Positions 1 through 17,690 of a stretch of DNA of 64,000 nt are shown piece after piece. Below the pieces are notes generated by a model. That model searched no databases. It was given only the letters and a program-made list of their open reading frames with translations, and was not told where the DNA came from. The stretch's first letter is position 1. The number at the start of each line of letters is the position of its first letter. The stretch comes from the human T2T-CHM13v2.0 reference genome, Homo sapiens: assembly GCF_009914755.1 (NCBI RefSeq), contig NC_060925.1. One strand, written 5' to 3'. The position numbers and the translations under genes are program-made.

Positions 1-70
1 AACTCTGATCATGCCACTGTATTCCACCCTGGGCAACAGGGCGAGATCCTGTCTCTTAAAAGAAAAGAAA
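1..70 (+). mobile_element. Alu 3' end (truncated by window edge)
   Basis: gccactgtattccaccctgggcaacag...gtctc plus A-rich tail. Confidence 0.85.
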
Positions 71-99
71 TTGAATCTTTGGTTCTAGTTATTATATTT

Positions 100-360
100 G
101 AAGAGTTTTTTTTAACATATTCTTCCAAGTCCTTTATCAGATATGTGTTTTGCAAATATCTCTTCCTAGTGTATAGATTATCTTTTCATTTTCTTGACAA
201 GTGTCTTCTGAAGAACAGATCTGCATTTTAATGAAGCCAAATTTATCCATTTTTTTCTTTTGTGGTTCATGCTTTTGTAAGAAATCTTTGCTTAATCTAA
301 GATACTAGAGATACTGTGTTTTCTTGCAAATGTTTCATAGTTTTAGCTTTAGCATTTGAA
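100..360 (-). mobile_element. Old L1 (L1M) fragment
   Basis: tctttatcagatatgtgttttgcaaatat...ttttaatgaagccaaatttatc resembles antisense L1 ORF2 3' region. Confidence 0.7.
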
Positions 361-764
361 AATACAACTCAAAAATAAAATAAATCTGCAATCAAGCTCA
401 AAACAAAAGAGAAACCCCTACTGGGTCAGAAATTGTATGAGATCCCTGAAGGGCAGAAAGCATATGGGATTGGAAAGAAGGTTACTGTTCTCACAAGAAG
501 GTGGGATCAAAAAGGCTCCACCCTGGAGGAAGTAGAGTAGGTAGAGTGTGAGAGAGCCGGGGGCTTGAACCTCCACAGACCCTCTCAGCTACTCCTCCCT
601 CTCTGCTCATCTCCATCTAGACACATGGTAGTAAATTACAGAACACCAAAGAGAAAATTCTATATCCTTCCCTGGAGGTAAAAAACTATTATCTATAAAG
701 GAAAGAAAGGCAGATTGAGATGAGCTCTCATCAGCTATGTTAGATGTAAGAAGACAAACACAGA

Positions 765-1231
<467 letters not shown>

Positions 1232-1358
1232 TAAGGGGAAATAAACCTAGAATTTCATGTCCAGCCAAACTAGACTCTTTATGAAATAAAGACACATTCC
1301 AATAAGAAGAAAAATGTATCTGTGAGGAATAAGTGAGTTTCAAGAAGTAGTGAGATGA

Positions 1359-1767
<409 letters not shown>

Positions 1768-1937
1768 TTATTTGTATATATAGGTTTTGTGTTGTTATCT
1801 ATATGTAGGAATATATAAATGCTTATTATAAAAAAACAAAAACTTCTAAAACTAAATCTGTGATAAATTGGTAATTACCCTTGGTAATATCAATATGGAT
1901 GAAATGAAAAGACACCTGTGTTCATGGACTGGAAGAT

Positions 1938-2250
<313 letters not shown>

Positions 2251-2269
2251 TAATTTTTAAATTTGGTTT

Positions 2270-2767
<498 letters not shown>

Positions 2768-3072
2768 CTATTCAGTGGGGGAAAGAACACTCTTTTCAAC
2801 AAATAGTTTTGGGAAAACTGGATATCCACAGACAAAAGAATGAAGTTGGACCCTTATCTTACGCCACATACAAAAATTAACTCAAAATGGATCAAAGACC
2901 TATGTGTAGGAACTAAAAATAAAACTATAAAAGTCTTAGAAGGAAACATAGGGAAAAACCTTTGTGACATTGGATTTGGTGACGATTTCTTATGACACCA
3001 AAAGCACAGGCAACCAAAAAAATATATATAACTTGGACTTCATCAAAATTTAACTTACACATCAAAATGCAC

Positions 3073-3970
<898 letters not shown>

Positions 3971-4120
3971 GGCAATATCAAGAGAATAAAAAGACAACCC
4001 AAAGAATGGGAGAAAATATTTGCAAATCATATAGCTGGTAAGGGATTAATGTGCAAATTGTAGAAAGAATTTCTAAAACTCAAACAAAAGACAAACAACT
4101 CAATTAAAAAATGGGCAAAG

Positions 4121-4396
4121 GGCCAGGTGCGGTGGCTCATGACTTTAATCTCAGCCCTCTGGGAGGCCAAGGCAGGAGGATCACGTGAGCCCAGTAGTTG
4201 GAGATGGCAAAACCCCGTGTCTACGAAAAATACAAAAAAATTATCCAGTCATGGTGGTGCGTGCTTGAAGTCCCAGCTACCTGAGAGTCTGAGCTGGGAG
4301 GATCACCTCAGCCCAGGGAGATCAAGGCTGCAGTGAGCTGTGATCACGCCACTGCAATCCAGCCTGGGCGATAGAGTGAGACCTCATCTGAAAAAT
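4121..4396 (+). mobile_element. AluJ
   Basis: Diverged full Alu; TSD-like tgggcaaag. Confidence 0.88.
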
Positions 4397-4719
4397 AGTG
4401 GGCAAAGGACTTGAACAGCATTTCTCTAAAGAAGATATACAAATGTCCAATAAGCACATGAAAAGATACTCAACATCACTAGTCACTAACAAGCTGCAGA
4501 TCAAAACTACAATGAGATACCACTTCACCCACACATTAAGATGGCTATCAGCTGTGACTCCCTGGATATCCACAGAAGCATTTGATAGGGAGCAAATGAT
4601 TCTGCAAACACAAAATGCACATGTCAAACCAAACCATGTGAATCTGCATTCTTAAAACACATACAATGCAGATTTTCTTGAAACGGTGATCTCTTTTGCC
4701 ACATTTAAAACAGATTTCT

Positions 4720-5048
4720 GGCCAGGTGTGCAGGTTCACACCTGTAGTTCCAGCAGTTTCGGAGTCTGAGGCAGGCAGATCACTTGAGGCCAGGAGTTTG
4801 AGACCAGCCCAGGCGACATGGTGAAACCCATCTCTACTAAAAATACAAAACGTTAGCTGGGTGTGGTGGCACATGCCTGTAGTCCCAGCTACTTAGGGGA
4901 CTGAGGCATGAGAATAGCTTGAACCCGGGAGGCAGAGGTTGCAGAGGGCCAAGATGGCACCACTGCACTCCAGGCCTGGTTGACAGAGCAAGACCCTGTC
5001 TCAAGAAAAGAAAAAAAAAAAAAAGAAAGAAAGGAAAGGAAATAAAAT
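4720..5048 (+). mobile_element. Alu
   Basis: Full Alu; TSD aaacag(a/g)tttc. Confidence 0.9.
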
Positions 5049-5989
5049 GAAACAGGTTTCCGTTCACCGGACTCCATCTGCAAATGACCTCCCTAAGGAA
5101 TGGCACAAGGAGAATGGGAAGCACTACTGTAACAGCACAAGAAATCAGAAGTTGATTAATTTAACTGGCTTATCTGATATGGCTCCATCCCCACACCCAA
5201 CCTAGTTCCTCCAATGCATATGGACATCAAGCTGCCCATTTTCAGTTGCGATTCTGGATGTCCACAGACCACAATTTCATCAATATGAAATTCTACTAGC
5301 ACGCAAGTTCTCAAGAAGGTAAAAATAATCACAGCGATTATCTACTGAGCTTCCACTAAGTGTGGGCTCTGTGCTAGCCACGCCCTCCGCATCACCATAC
5401 TCTTAGTTGCCTAAGATGTTAAGTGTGAATGTCCTCCTTTTGCAGGTCAGTAACTTGCTCGAAGTAGCGTAACTCATAAATGCCAGGGTGAGCACTTAAA
5501 TCAGTTCTCTGGTTCCAAAGTCCCTGTTCTCACTCGCTGCATTCAGCAGGCTCTCATTTTTCCAGGAAGGCAAAAATCAAGCTGGAAGATCCCCACTCCT
5601 GGGATCAAAGCATTTGCTCAAAGCTCCACGAGTCCAGGAAGTGATATATTGACATCAAGGTCAGGCTTTGAGAAATAGCCCCTTCTTTTACCCTGCAGAG
5701 CATCCGAGGGATGTGGAAAACCTTGAGGCTAGAGCTTGTCAACCCACAGAATGCACTGAGTTATAAGGGCAATTGCCATCATTACACAACAAATCAGAAC
5801 TTCACAAAGCCAGCCCTGCTCCTCGGGGTTGCTTCAACCCCAGGCATTAGTGACCCAGCAAAGGACTGGTGCCTGCTTAAGGGGAAGCCCAAATGTTAGA
5901 AATATTTGCTTTGGGCAAGAGAGAGTCTTCACAGTCTAATCAAAAGATGAAGAAATTGTTTCCAGAAACTCAGACTTTCCTCCAGGGCA

Positions 5990-6430
5990 TCTCCTTCTGT
6001 CCTGCAAGAGCTGATTGGCTCCCACTCCAGGGCCTTTGCCCCTGCTATTCTCTCTGCCTGGAAGGCTCTTACCCCAGAAATCTGAGGAGTGTGCCTCCCC
6101 ACTTTAGCTCTCTACTCAAATGTCTCTTTCTTATTCATTGAGGCTTTCCTGGATATTATATCTAAAATGATAACAACCCATCCCCATCCACATACACTCA
6201 CTTATTCTCTTTCCCTGCTTTATTTTTTTTTCTCCTTAGAATTTATCACTATCAAATCTAATCTACATTTCACTTCTTTATCTTATTATCTCTATACCCT
6301 ACTAGAATGTACATTTCACAAAGGCAGGGATTTTTGTCTGTGTTCACTGCTTTTTCTCCTAACACTTAGAACAGTGCCTGTCGCCTAATAGGGGTTCAAT
6401 AAATATTTGGTGAATGCATAAATCAATCTG
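5990..6430 (+). mobile_element. L2 3' end
   Basis: cagggcctttgcccctgctattctctctgcctggaa...agaacagtgcctg...caataaatatttggtgaatg. Confidence 0.75.
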
Positions 6431-6719
6431 TGCTTCAGAGGAGAGCAGTGACATCCTGGAAAACTCCCTCAAGGTTTAATTGTGGCATGAAGGGAAACAT
6501 CAAGAGATTTTGAAGCCTGGATTTGCATCTAGGCCTAGCCAGGTGAATAATACTTAATCTCACTAGGCCTCATTTTGTGGTTGGTTAGGAGAAAATAATA
6601 TTTGCCTCCTGGGATTATAGTGGAGGGACCATTAATAATATTTCTAGGGAAAGGAAATGGGGAAAATGCTTGTGACATTTCCATGGAAGCAATAAGAGAA
6701 TTTTGTTACCATGTGTGGG

Positions 6720-6930
6720 TCAAAATTTATTGAGCATTTATTTAATACTGGGTCCCATGCCAAGACCGTACATGCATTTCTTCAATCCTTATGACAATCT
6801 TGTGTAGCATGTACGTGATCTCTTTAGGGATATTTATCAAAGTGATTTGCCCAGGGTGATAAAGTTAGAAAGCAGGACAGGACTCCTAACCTAATCTGTC
6901 TCTAAAATCCGTGCCCTAACCACCGCACCA
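6720..6930 (-). mobile_element. MIR
   Basis: atttattgagcattta...aatccttatgacaatc...gtgatttgcccagggt. Confidence 0.55.
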
Positions 6931-7224
6931 GATGTAGAGTTAACTTGTGTGCATAAAATGCTGGACCCTGGGAAAGTGGTGCTCTACCAATGTCCCTTTA
7001 CTTTCCCTCCCAGCCTTCAGCCAAGTGGCTTCTGACCAATAATACCAAGGTGCTGCCCCTGCCACTGAAAAAGACAAGGGGCAACCAGGAGCCCTATGGA
7101 TGACCACCTCCTTTACCCCTCCCTGCCTGGTGACTTGCTGTAGCCTTCAGCATTAAGGTATACTTTCATCACCCCACCCCTACCCAAGGTACCAGTACTG
7201 GGTATCTTGTCACTTTTCTGGGAT

Positions 7225-7559
7225 TTTGCTTGTTTGTTTGTTTGTTTGTTTTGCTGTTGTTGTTGTTTTGAGACAGGGTCTCACTCTGTCACCCAGGCTG
7301 GAGTGCAGTGGCACAATCGTGTCTTACTGCAGCCTCCACTTTCTAGGTTCAAGTGATCCTCCTGCCTCAGCCTCCTGAGTAGCTGGGACTACAGGTATGC
7401 ACCACCACACCCAGCTAATTTTTGGTTTTTTTTTTTTCGTAGAGATGGGGTCCCACCGTGTTGCCTAGGCTGGTCTCTCAAACTCTTGGGCTCAAGCGAT
7501 CTTCCCACCTCAGCCTCGAAAAGTGCTGGGATTACAGGTGTGGGCCACTGTGCCCAGCC
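7225..7559 (-). mobile_element. AluJ
   Basis: Full Alu with (TTTG)n tail. Confidence 0.9.
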
Positions 7560-7854
7560 CCCTGTCACTTTTGCATAGAGTAAGTGATTTATAAGGGAAC
7601 AATATTTTTACTTTAGAGCAATCTATCATTAAAATTGTTCTATATGCTCTGTCTAAATGTAAACTTTTCAACTTTTTGATATTAACAAGTGTCAAAAGTT
7701 ATTCAACTGACTTTCATTTATTTGAACAAAAAAGTATATGTAGACTCATACGTACACGTTTAATATGTGTGTATATATATGTATATGTGTGTATATATAT
7801 ATAATTTAAAAATGTAGGTTGGCCATGTGTCCCGGCATCACAAATAGACAAAAA

Positions 7855-8145
<291 letters not shown>

Positions 8146-8211
8146 CTAATGTATACACTCAATAAAATTAACTATTTTTAAAAAAATACATACAAAATGC
8201 TAGTGCTTTGC

Positions 8212-8504
8212 TTTTTTTTTTGAGACGGAGTCTCACTCTGCTGCCCAGGCTGGAGTGCAGTGGCGTGATCTCGGCTCACTGCAACCTCCGCCTCCTCCCA
8301 GATTCAAGCGATTCTCCTGCTTCAGCCTCCTGAGTAGCTGGGACTACAGGTGCCCACCACCATGCCTGGCTAATTTTTGTATTTTTAGTAGAGATGGAGT
8401 TTCACCATATTGGCCAGGATGGTCTCGATCTCCTGACCTCGTGATCCACCCATCTCGGCCTCCCAAAGTGCTGGGATTACAGGCATGAGCCACTGCACCC
8501 TGCC
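8212..8504 (-). mobile_element. AluS (Sc-like)
   Basis: Full Alu with ctcgatctcctgacctcgtgatc. Confidence 0.9.
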
Positions 8505-8786
8505 ATATTTTCTTTCAATGATGAGGCAAGAGAGAAGGTTTCACATGGCCCTGTGCAAGCCCTTTTCCACAAATCCCACACAAGGCAAGAGCAGTCTACG
8601 CCAGTAAATGAAAAGCCACATTGGATAGAATGAGCACCATCTTTTCTGTTTTGTGCATTGAATGTTGAATGAGTGTAGACATTTTCATGTCCTACAAAAT
8701 AAGAGTTATCAAATGAATGTCACACGGTGATCAAATAGGTGTGACTTGTCCCAAAGTTATAATGAAGAGACGGAAAACACAATTTA

Positions 8787-9104
<318 letters not shown>

Positions 9105-9771
9105 CTAAGACAATCAAAGCTCCCAGAGCAGCTAGCAGTGTTCCGGAATGCCTGAGCTGCTGACTTGGAATTGTTCACTTGTTTCACCCACTCCACAGCA
9201 TGTTCCCTCTGTGCACACTCAAGACGTTCTCAGGCAGCTCAGTTTTCAAGAAAAACATTGCTGGAAATTATCCATTGATTACAACAACAACAACAAAATC
9301 AGTGGAAGTGGATGTCTTCCATTAGGTGCCACACACCTAAACATTGTGGCAACACCTAACCGCCCATTCCTTCTATAGCCCACACACAGTCCTTGGGAAC
9401 TGCCTCCCTGGAATTACAGGTAGATGGGGCCAGGCCTGCAGGGTCAGTGAGGTGGAAAACCACATCTCTTCCCAGATAGCCCTTCCTTTCTAGGCAAACC
9501 CTCCTCTTTCATCCTGGTCCATCCCTTGGGCCACTCTGCTGGGGTGAGAGTGGGGGACGACAGATCCCTGGAGGAGAAAAGAGCTGGCAGGGAGGGTGAG
9601 CTGCAGGTCACTTCATCAGGAGTCTCTCTGAGGGAGGGACATATAGACATCCCTGCTTGGAAGCTCTCTTGGAGATTCCACTCAGCCAAAAACTCTAAGA
9701 AGGCAGAGGCTGTGTCTATTTTATATATTATATACCCAGTGCTTAACATAAGGTGCTCAGTAAATATTTTA

Positions 9772-10077
<306 letters not shown>

Positions 10078-11149
10078 TTATTGTTCCAAAGGGAAAGGAA
10101 ATGGAGGACATGTTTGTGACATTTCAATGGAAGCAATAAGAGAATTTTTCAACTCAGGGTTGGCTATAGGAAAAGCAGTATAGACAGCATATGTATGATA
10201 TGATTGGAGGAAGCCCCTGCCCTCCCATGTTTTGTCCCCTGGTGTGCCCTGTCATCACTTCTCTGGCACTACCAATGAGTGTGTATAGACCTTGGCTGCA
10301 GAGACCTCAGGCCCTATCTATGATTCCTGGGAGCGACCATCTTGCTCTCGCCCACTTTCACTCATTTGTTGGATGTGACTGAGTGATTGATGGAGTGGAG
10401 AGTCTGTCAGGGTGAATCATGGGCAGGGGAGGGAAATATGAGTTCCACCCCTCATTTTACAGATGGGTAAACTGGCCCAAAGAGGAAAACCAACTTGCCC
10501 ATGGTTACAGTTAGGGGAAGAGCAAGGACCAGGACCCAAGCATCTGGGCGCCTTGTGCAGGATTCTTTCCACTGTGCCACACCACTGCCCCTTAAAAGGA
10601 CTTCTCATAAAATCTCCCATTTCAGCCGGAAGGGTCTCAAGAGGTTATCAGGTCCAAGCTCTGCCCTTAGCAGAAATCACCACCAAGGATTCCAGCGACA
10701 AGAGGGCAGGCAGCATGTGCCCAAACACTGTTGGTGACGGGAACACCTAACCACCCATTCCTTCCACAGCCCACACAAATTGTTGCAATGTTCTTCTTGT
10801 TTTGAGCTACAACCATTTCTCTAAAGGAAACAAGCTACTGCTTTTCCTCCCCAAGTTCTTTCCTCATAAAAGTACAAATCCCATAATAGATCACTAGGTA
10901 AACACCTGTTTGCCCTCAAGACACCCCTATCTTCTGCAGGTAGTGTTTGTAACTAGAGTTACCTGGGAGTAAAAGAAGACTAATGATTTTTTAAAAGAGA
11001 GAGAAGTGTGGTACCATTGAAGGGAAATGGATTAATCAAGGTCTTAAGGATCACTAATTGGGCTTAGGAAGAGAGAGAGGAGAAGAAGGAGAAAAGAGAA
11101 GAGAGGAAATAAGGGGGAAAGAAAGAAATAGGAAGGGAATAAAATAGAT

Positions 11150-12285
<1,136 letters not shown>

Positions 12286-12955
12286 TCACAGAGGGATCGT
12301 GAGGATTACATGGGCTAAAACATTTAGCACAGTTCTGGGACACATTATGTGGTAGATAAATTTTAGTTTTTTGTCTCATGTAATCCTCACAAGGGGATTG
12401 GAAGATTTTTTGGTTTCATGTAATCCTTGCAATGCATTCCATAAAGGATGCGTTTTCCCTATTTCACAGACTTGAAAACTGAGAGTCCAAGAGGTAACCA
12501 ACCTGCCAAGGTCTTATGCCTAATAGGCGTGGGGATTGGAAGTACAGGATAAAGGACCAAGGACGAAAGGAGGAGGGGGCAGACTTGAAATGGGACAAAA
12601 AAGAAAATCTAAGAAGAGCCTGCTATGGTGAATGCCACTTCACAGACATCTCAGGAGGCCTCAGGAGGTTTCAGGATGACTGTCTCTAATACAGAGGATG
12701 AGGGAGTTCTCACGGGAGCTCTGAGTTCAGACTGGGGCTCATTGAGGAAGCTTGGGCTCCCACCAAATCCCTTAAGGATTTGCCCCTTAAGCTTGGTATC
12801 TCACCACACGACCACACGTATAAAGAAAATTGCTTGTTGTATTTCACTATTTAACCTTAACCTCTCCTTCCTACCTTAAAACCACAAATCAATGTTTCAT
12901 GAACTTACTTATGCAACATAAACTGTTGCATAAGCATTAAACAAAATGTTATACC

Positions 12956-13270
12956 ACCAGAGCAGTGGCTCCTGCCTGTAATCCCAGCACTTTGGGATGC
13001 TGAGGCAGGAGGACCATTTGAGATCAGGAGTTCAAGACCAGCCTGGGCAATATGGTGAAACCCCATCTCTACCAAAAAAATATAAAAATTAGCCATGCAT
13101 GGTGGTGCATGCCTGTGGTCCCAGCTAGTCAGGAGACTAGAGGTGGGAGAATCGCTTGAACCCGGGAGGTGAGGCTGCAGTGAGAGGAGATCGCACCAGT
13201 GTGCACTCCTGCCTGGGCTACAGATTGAGACCCTGTCTCAAAAAACAACAACAACAACAACAAAAGAAAA
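12956..13270 (+). mobile_element. AluJ
   Basis: Full Alu; TSD aaa(a/c)tgttataccacca. Confidence 0.9.
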
Positions 13271-13358
13271 CTGTTATACCACCATTTACAATTGAACTCT
13301 AAAAGAGAGAAATCATCGTAATAATAATATAAAAATTTAGTGTTTAAGCTAGAATATA

Positions 13359-13520
13359 TGTATATCAGTTTCTTATTGCTGTTGAAACAAATTACCACAA
13401 CTTTAGTGGCTTAAAACAGGACAAATTTATTATTTTAAAGTGCTGGAGATCGTAAGTCCAAAATGAGTCTATGGAATAAACACAGGCATCAGAAGAGCTT
13501 TGTTCCTCGGGAGACTCTAA
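13359..13520 (-). mobile_element. MLT1-type LTR fragment
   Basis: tcagtttcttattgctgttgaaacaaattaccacaactttagtggcttaaaac is the reverse of an MLT1 3' end. Confidence 0.7.
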
Positions 13521-13559
13521 CTGGGACAAAAAGAGAAAACGTAAAGAGAAGAAAGAAGA

Positions 13560-13654
13560 GCCCAGGCCAGTCTCAAACTTCAGGGCTCAAGTGATCCACC
13601 TGCCTTTGCTTCCCAAAGTGCTAGGATTATGGGCATGAGCCACCGCGTCTGGCC
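13560..13654 (-). mobile_element. Alu left-arm fragment
   Basis: ctcaagtgatccacctgcc...cccaaagtgctaggatta...gagccaccgcgtctggcc. Confidence 0.8.
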
Positions 13655-14084
13655 CTAAGTTTTGATGCAAATATTTAAATTTGTATTTTAATAGAAGGCC
13701 CTGGTTTTGAACCTCTTTTATAAAGCCAGAAACCCATTTTTACTTTATATTTCAATAGAGCTAACCCAGGGTTTCCATGGCCAATTCAGAAGGCCATACC
13801 TGCACTGTTTTCTTGGGCAGAACAATCTTCCTAACAGATCAGAGGAGTTCCTGGCTACCTTGTGCTATAGTGATCATTGTATCAAAGGTTATGAACCTCA
13901 GAAGTCAAAACTTCAGAGTTTCAATTTGACTATCAAGGCATGGAATCACAGTTCCTGGACTTAAAGATGGAACTGATGTTCATACAAAACACAAATATCT
14001 ATGTAAAAGGAGGGGACTAGATGTAGTGTCTGGTTCCTGTGGGAGACACTGAAAGAGGACCCGCTGGGTTAGCCATCTATGGTT

Positions 14085-14275
14085 TCTGGCATGGCAATAC
14101 TGCCTCTCTAGGACACATTTGAAACAGTTGGGGTGTCTTGATAATGGGGAGGGAAAAACGATAGCTACAGGCATTCATGTGGAAGTAAGCCAGAGTTGTT
14201 AAACTCAATGCATGGGACATTTCTGCACTGATGAATGGTCTCACGCAAATGCTAACAGCACCCCTGTTGAAAAGT
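14085..14275 (+). mobile_element. MER20-like hAT DNA element remnant
   Basis: ggacacatttg...gctacaggcatt...caatgcatgggaca...aaatgctaacagcacccctgttgaaaa. Confidence 0.45.
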
Positions 14276-14619
14276 GGATGGTCTTCTCCCTTTGACTCCT
14301 CATCCACATTTACCTCAATCACCTCTGCCCCCCAAAGATGCACTGTTTTCAGTGTAACCCTAAAGATATTTAAGCCAGCCAGACAATATTATGTGAAAAC
14401 AGTACTAGTTTGTAAAGAATGGTACTTGTCCACAAGGCTGGATTAAAACCAAGAGAGGCCCTAAATCCTTTAAAAAATTGGAATTTCTCTCCCTTATGTA
14501 ATTAAAAATAAATGGTACTAAACCATAATTTAAGAAGGTCTAATTTAGGTAAGAAAGTTCTGATTTCTGACTATTTTGTTGTTTTTTTTAATAAATATTA
14601 AATGCTCTGAAAATTATTT

Positions 14620-14795
14620 TATGTACTTATTGATTTATTAGACAAAGTCTTGCTCTGTCACCCAGGCTGGAGTGCGGTGGCACAATCTCAGCTCACTGAA
14701 ACCTCCACCTCCCAGTTCAAGGGATCCTCTTGCCTCAGCCTCCTGAGTAGTTGGGATTACAGGTGCCTACCACCATGCCCGGCTCACTTTTGTAT
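14620..14795 (-). mobile_element. Alu right-arm fragment
   Basis: gtcttgctctgtcacccaggctggagtg...cacttttgtat. Confidence 0.85.
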
Positions 14796-15151
14796 AAAAA
14801 TTACTTTTCTTATTTCTTTTAATGCCCCTCCTTTGCTAGTACTCAGTGCCTATGCTTTGTCTATTGCTGCTCATTGGATGAAAATTAGAAAGAACTCTTC
14901 ATTCTGAATTTACTTAAGTGGGTTGTTGAAAAGTCCAAAGTTGTGGGAATGCAAGTGACTTGCAGAGGACTAGATCTTTTGCTGAGTTCCAGTTCTGGCT
15001 CCATCACTGACTATATGACTTGGGGTAAGGTGCTTTAATATCTGTTTGTCTGTAAAATAAAGGGAATAAAGGAATACACCTAATGGGTTGTAAGGATACA
15101 TGAAAGCATATGTGCCCTGATATGTAGTAAGTGCTCAGTAATAAGTGATCA

Positions 15152-15391
<240 letters not shown>

Positions 15392-15632
15392 TCAGTGTAT
15401 CTTATCTATTAATAGTGTAACTACTGTATATCTTTTTCCATTCCTGCCATTCCTAAATATTCCAGACAACTTTAAATACCTGCAATGTGCTGGTCCCTGT
15501 GCTATATCCTTAGGAAATAAATATGGAAAAGACATAGTCTTGACCGAATAGAGTTTATAATCTAGAAGTGAAACTGGTTTTAAAATAAGAACAAAGTGCC
15601 ACAAATTACTTGTTTTAAAAGAAAAAAGGCTG

Positions 15633-15952
<320 letters not shown>

Positions 15953-16551
15953 TCAATTCTGAAGGCTCAGAATTGTCTATGAAATTTATTTAAAAGCAAT
16001 GTTACTTGACTTTTTAAATTATTTTTATCCAATTCAAGGAACAGCTTTCATCTAAATGTGCAATGCATAGTACATGAAATTTCAGGGAATATTGTCATAT
16101 AATCTTTTGAAAGACCATATTGCCTGGGAAGATAATTGTTTTCTGAACCCTGAACAATAGACACATCGAGATAAGAAAAAAGTTTGGCCAATGGCAATCA
16201 TAAGATACCACTGATTGTACTATGCATTCTGATTTCAGAAATGCTAAAATATAAGAAGAATGTGTGTGTGGAATCAATTGAAATGTAGTATATGTACATG
16301 TGGACATGTGTATTTGACTTTTAGCATTGAATTATCTGGTAAACTGATTTGTCTTCCTGTCTCACTTTGCCTACATGTCATTCCAAATATGTAGAGTACC
16401 TTTCCCACTTTCTTATTTATCTACTCAAAAAATTATTGATAGTGAAATTGGTAGTGTCGTCCTTTCCTATGAAACCAAATTTAAACTAGTTGTCATGGCA
16501 CTTTTAACCTTTATAATCTCTTTATACCTCTCAACCCCTTAACTTTTTAAC

Positions 16552-17000
<449 letters not shown>

Positions 17001-17665
17001 CCCCCAATTCTTTATACCACTATTCCTGCTCCCTTGCCTCTCAAACCCTACTCCTTTCCACTTTAACCTACATATCCTTTCCAAATTTTTTTTTACCTCT
17101 TCTTTGGAATATCTACTGTATATAGATCAATTCCTTTATCTACTGCCATTTATTGTCAGTTGATTTTTTCAACTGTTGTCTCACAGCCCAAAATACAAGT
17201 TCTTTAATGAATTTTTTTATGAAACTACATTTGTGATAGTCCTGAGGCTCATAGAACCACAATAATATACTATTGCGTTAAGAATTTTAGATGATTTACA
17301 GGTGTAAAATATTTAATAAACCTTATTAGTAACTATGCTTATAAATAAAAAAATAGCAAGTGCCAAAAGCAGCAGGTTAACCACAACTATATAATCTATA
17401 AGCTTAATGCTTATAATAAAATTCAAAGCCACTGAGTATTTCATATTAGTGAGCCTTTGCAGTGTTACCCTTTCAATTTTTAATTGCAATTTTTGCTTAC
17501 ATTTTCTTCCACACCCATCTTGTAACCTAGTCACTCTGTACACTTGCAACATTTGTGTTAAACTGAAATTTCTCTTTCAATTATCTGAAATCCAACTCTC
17601 TGTGTAACTAAGCCTAGTATCGGAGGGGAGGCCATATGCACAAATGAAGTAGATATTAAAATTAG

Positions 17666-17690
17666 TTTATTTTTCTACTTAACTTTTAAT
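17666..17690 (-). terminator. Distal polyadenylation signals ATTAAA + AATAAA
   Basis: TTTATT at 17666-17671 and TTTAAT at 17685-17690 on +, near the end of the repeat-free AT-rich block. Confidence 0.65.

Noticed and set aside
12591-13563. tgggacaaaaa...aagaagagcc occurring twice
   Set aside because: Short, gapped and purine-rich; chance similarity not excluded
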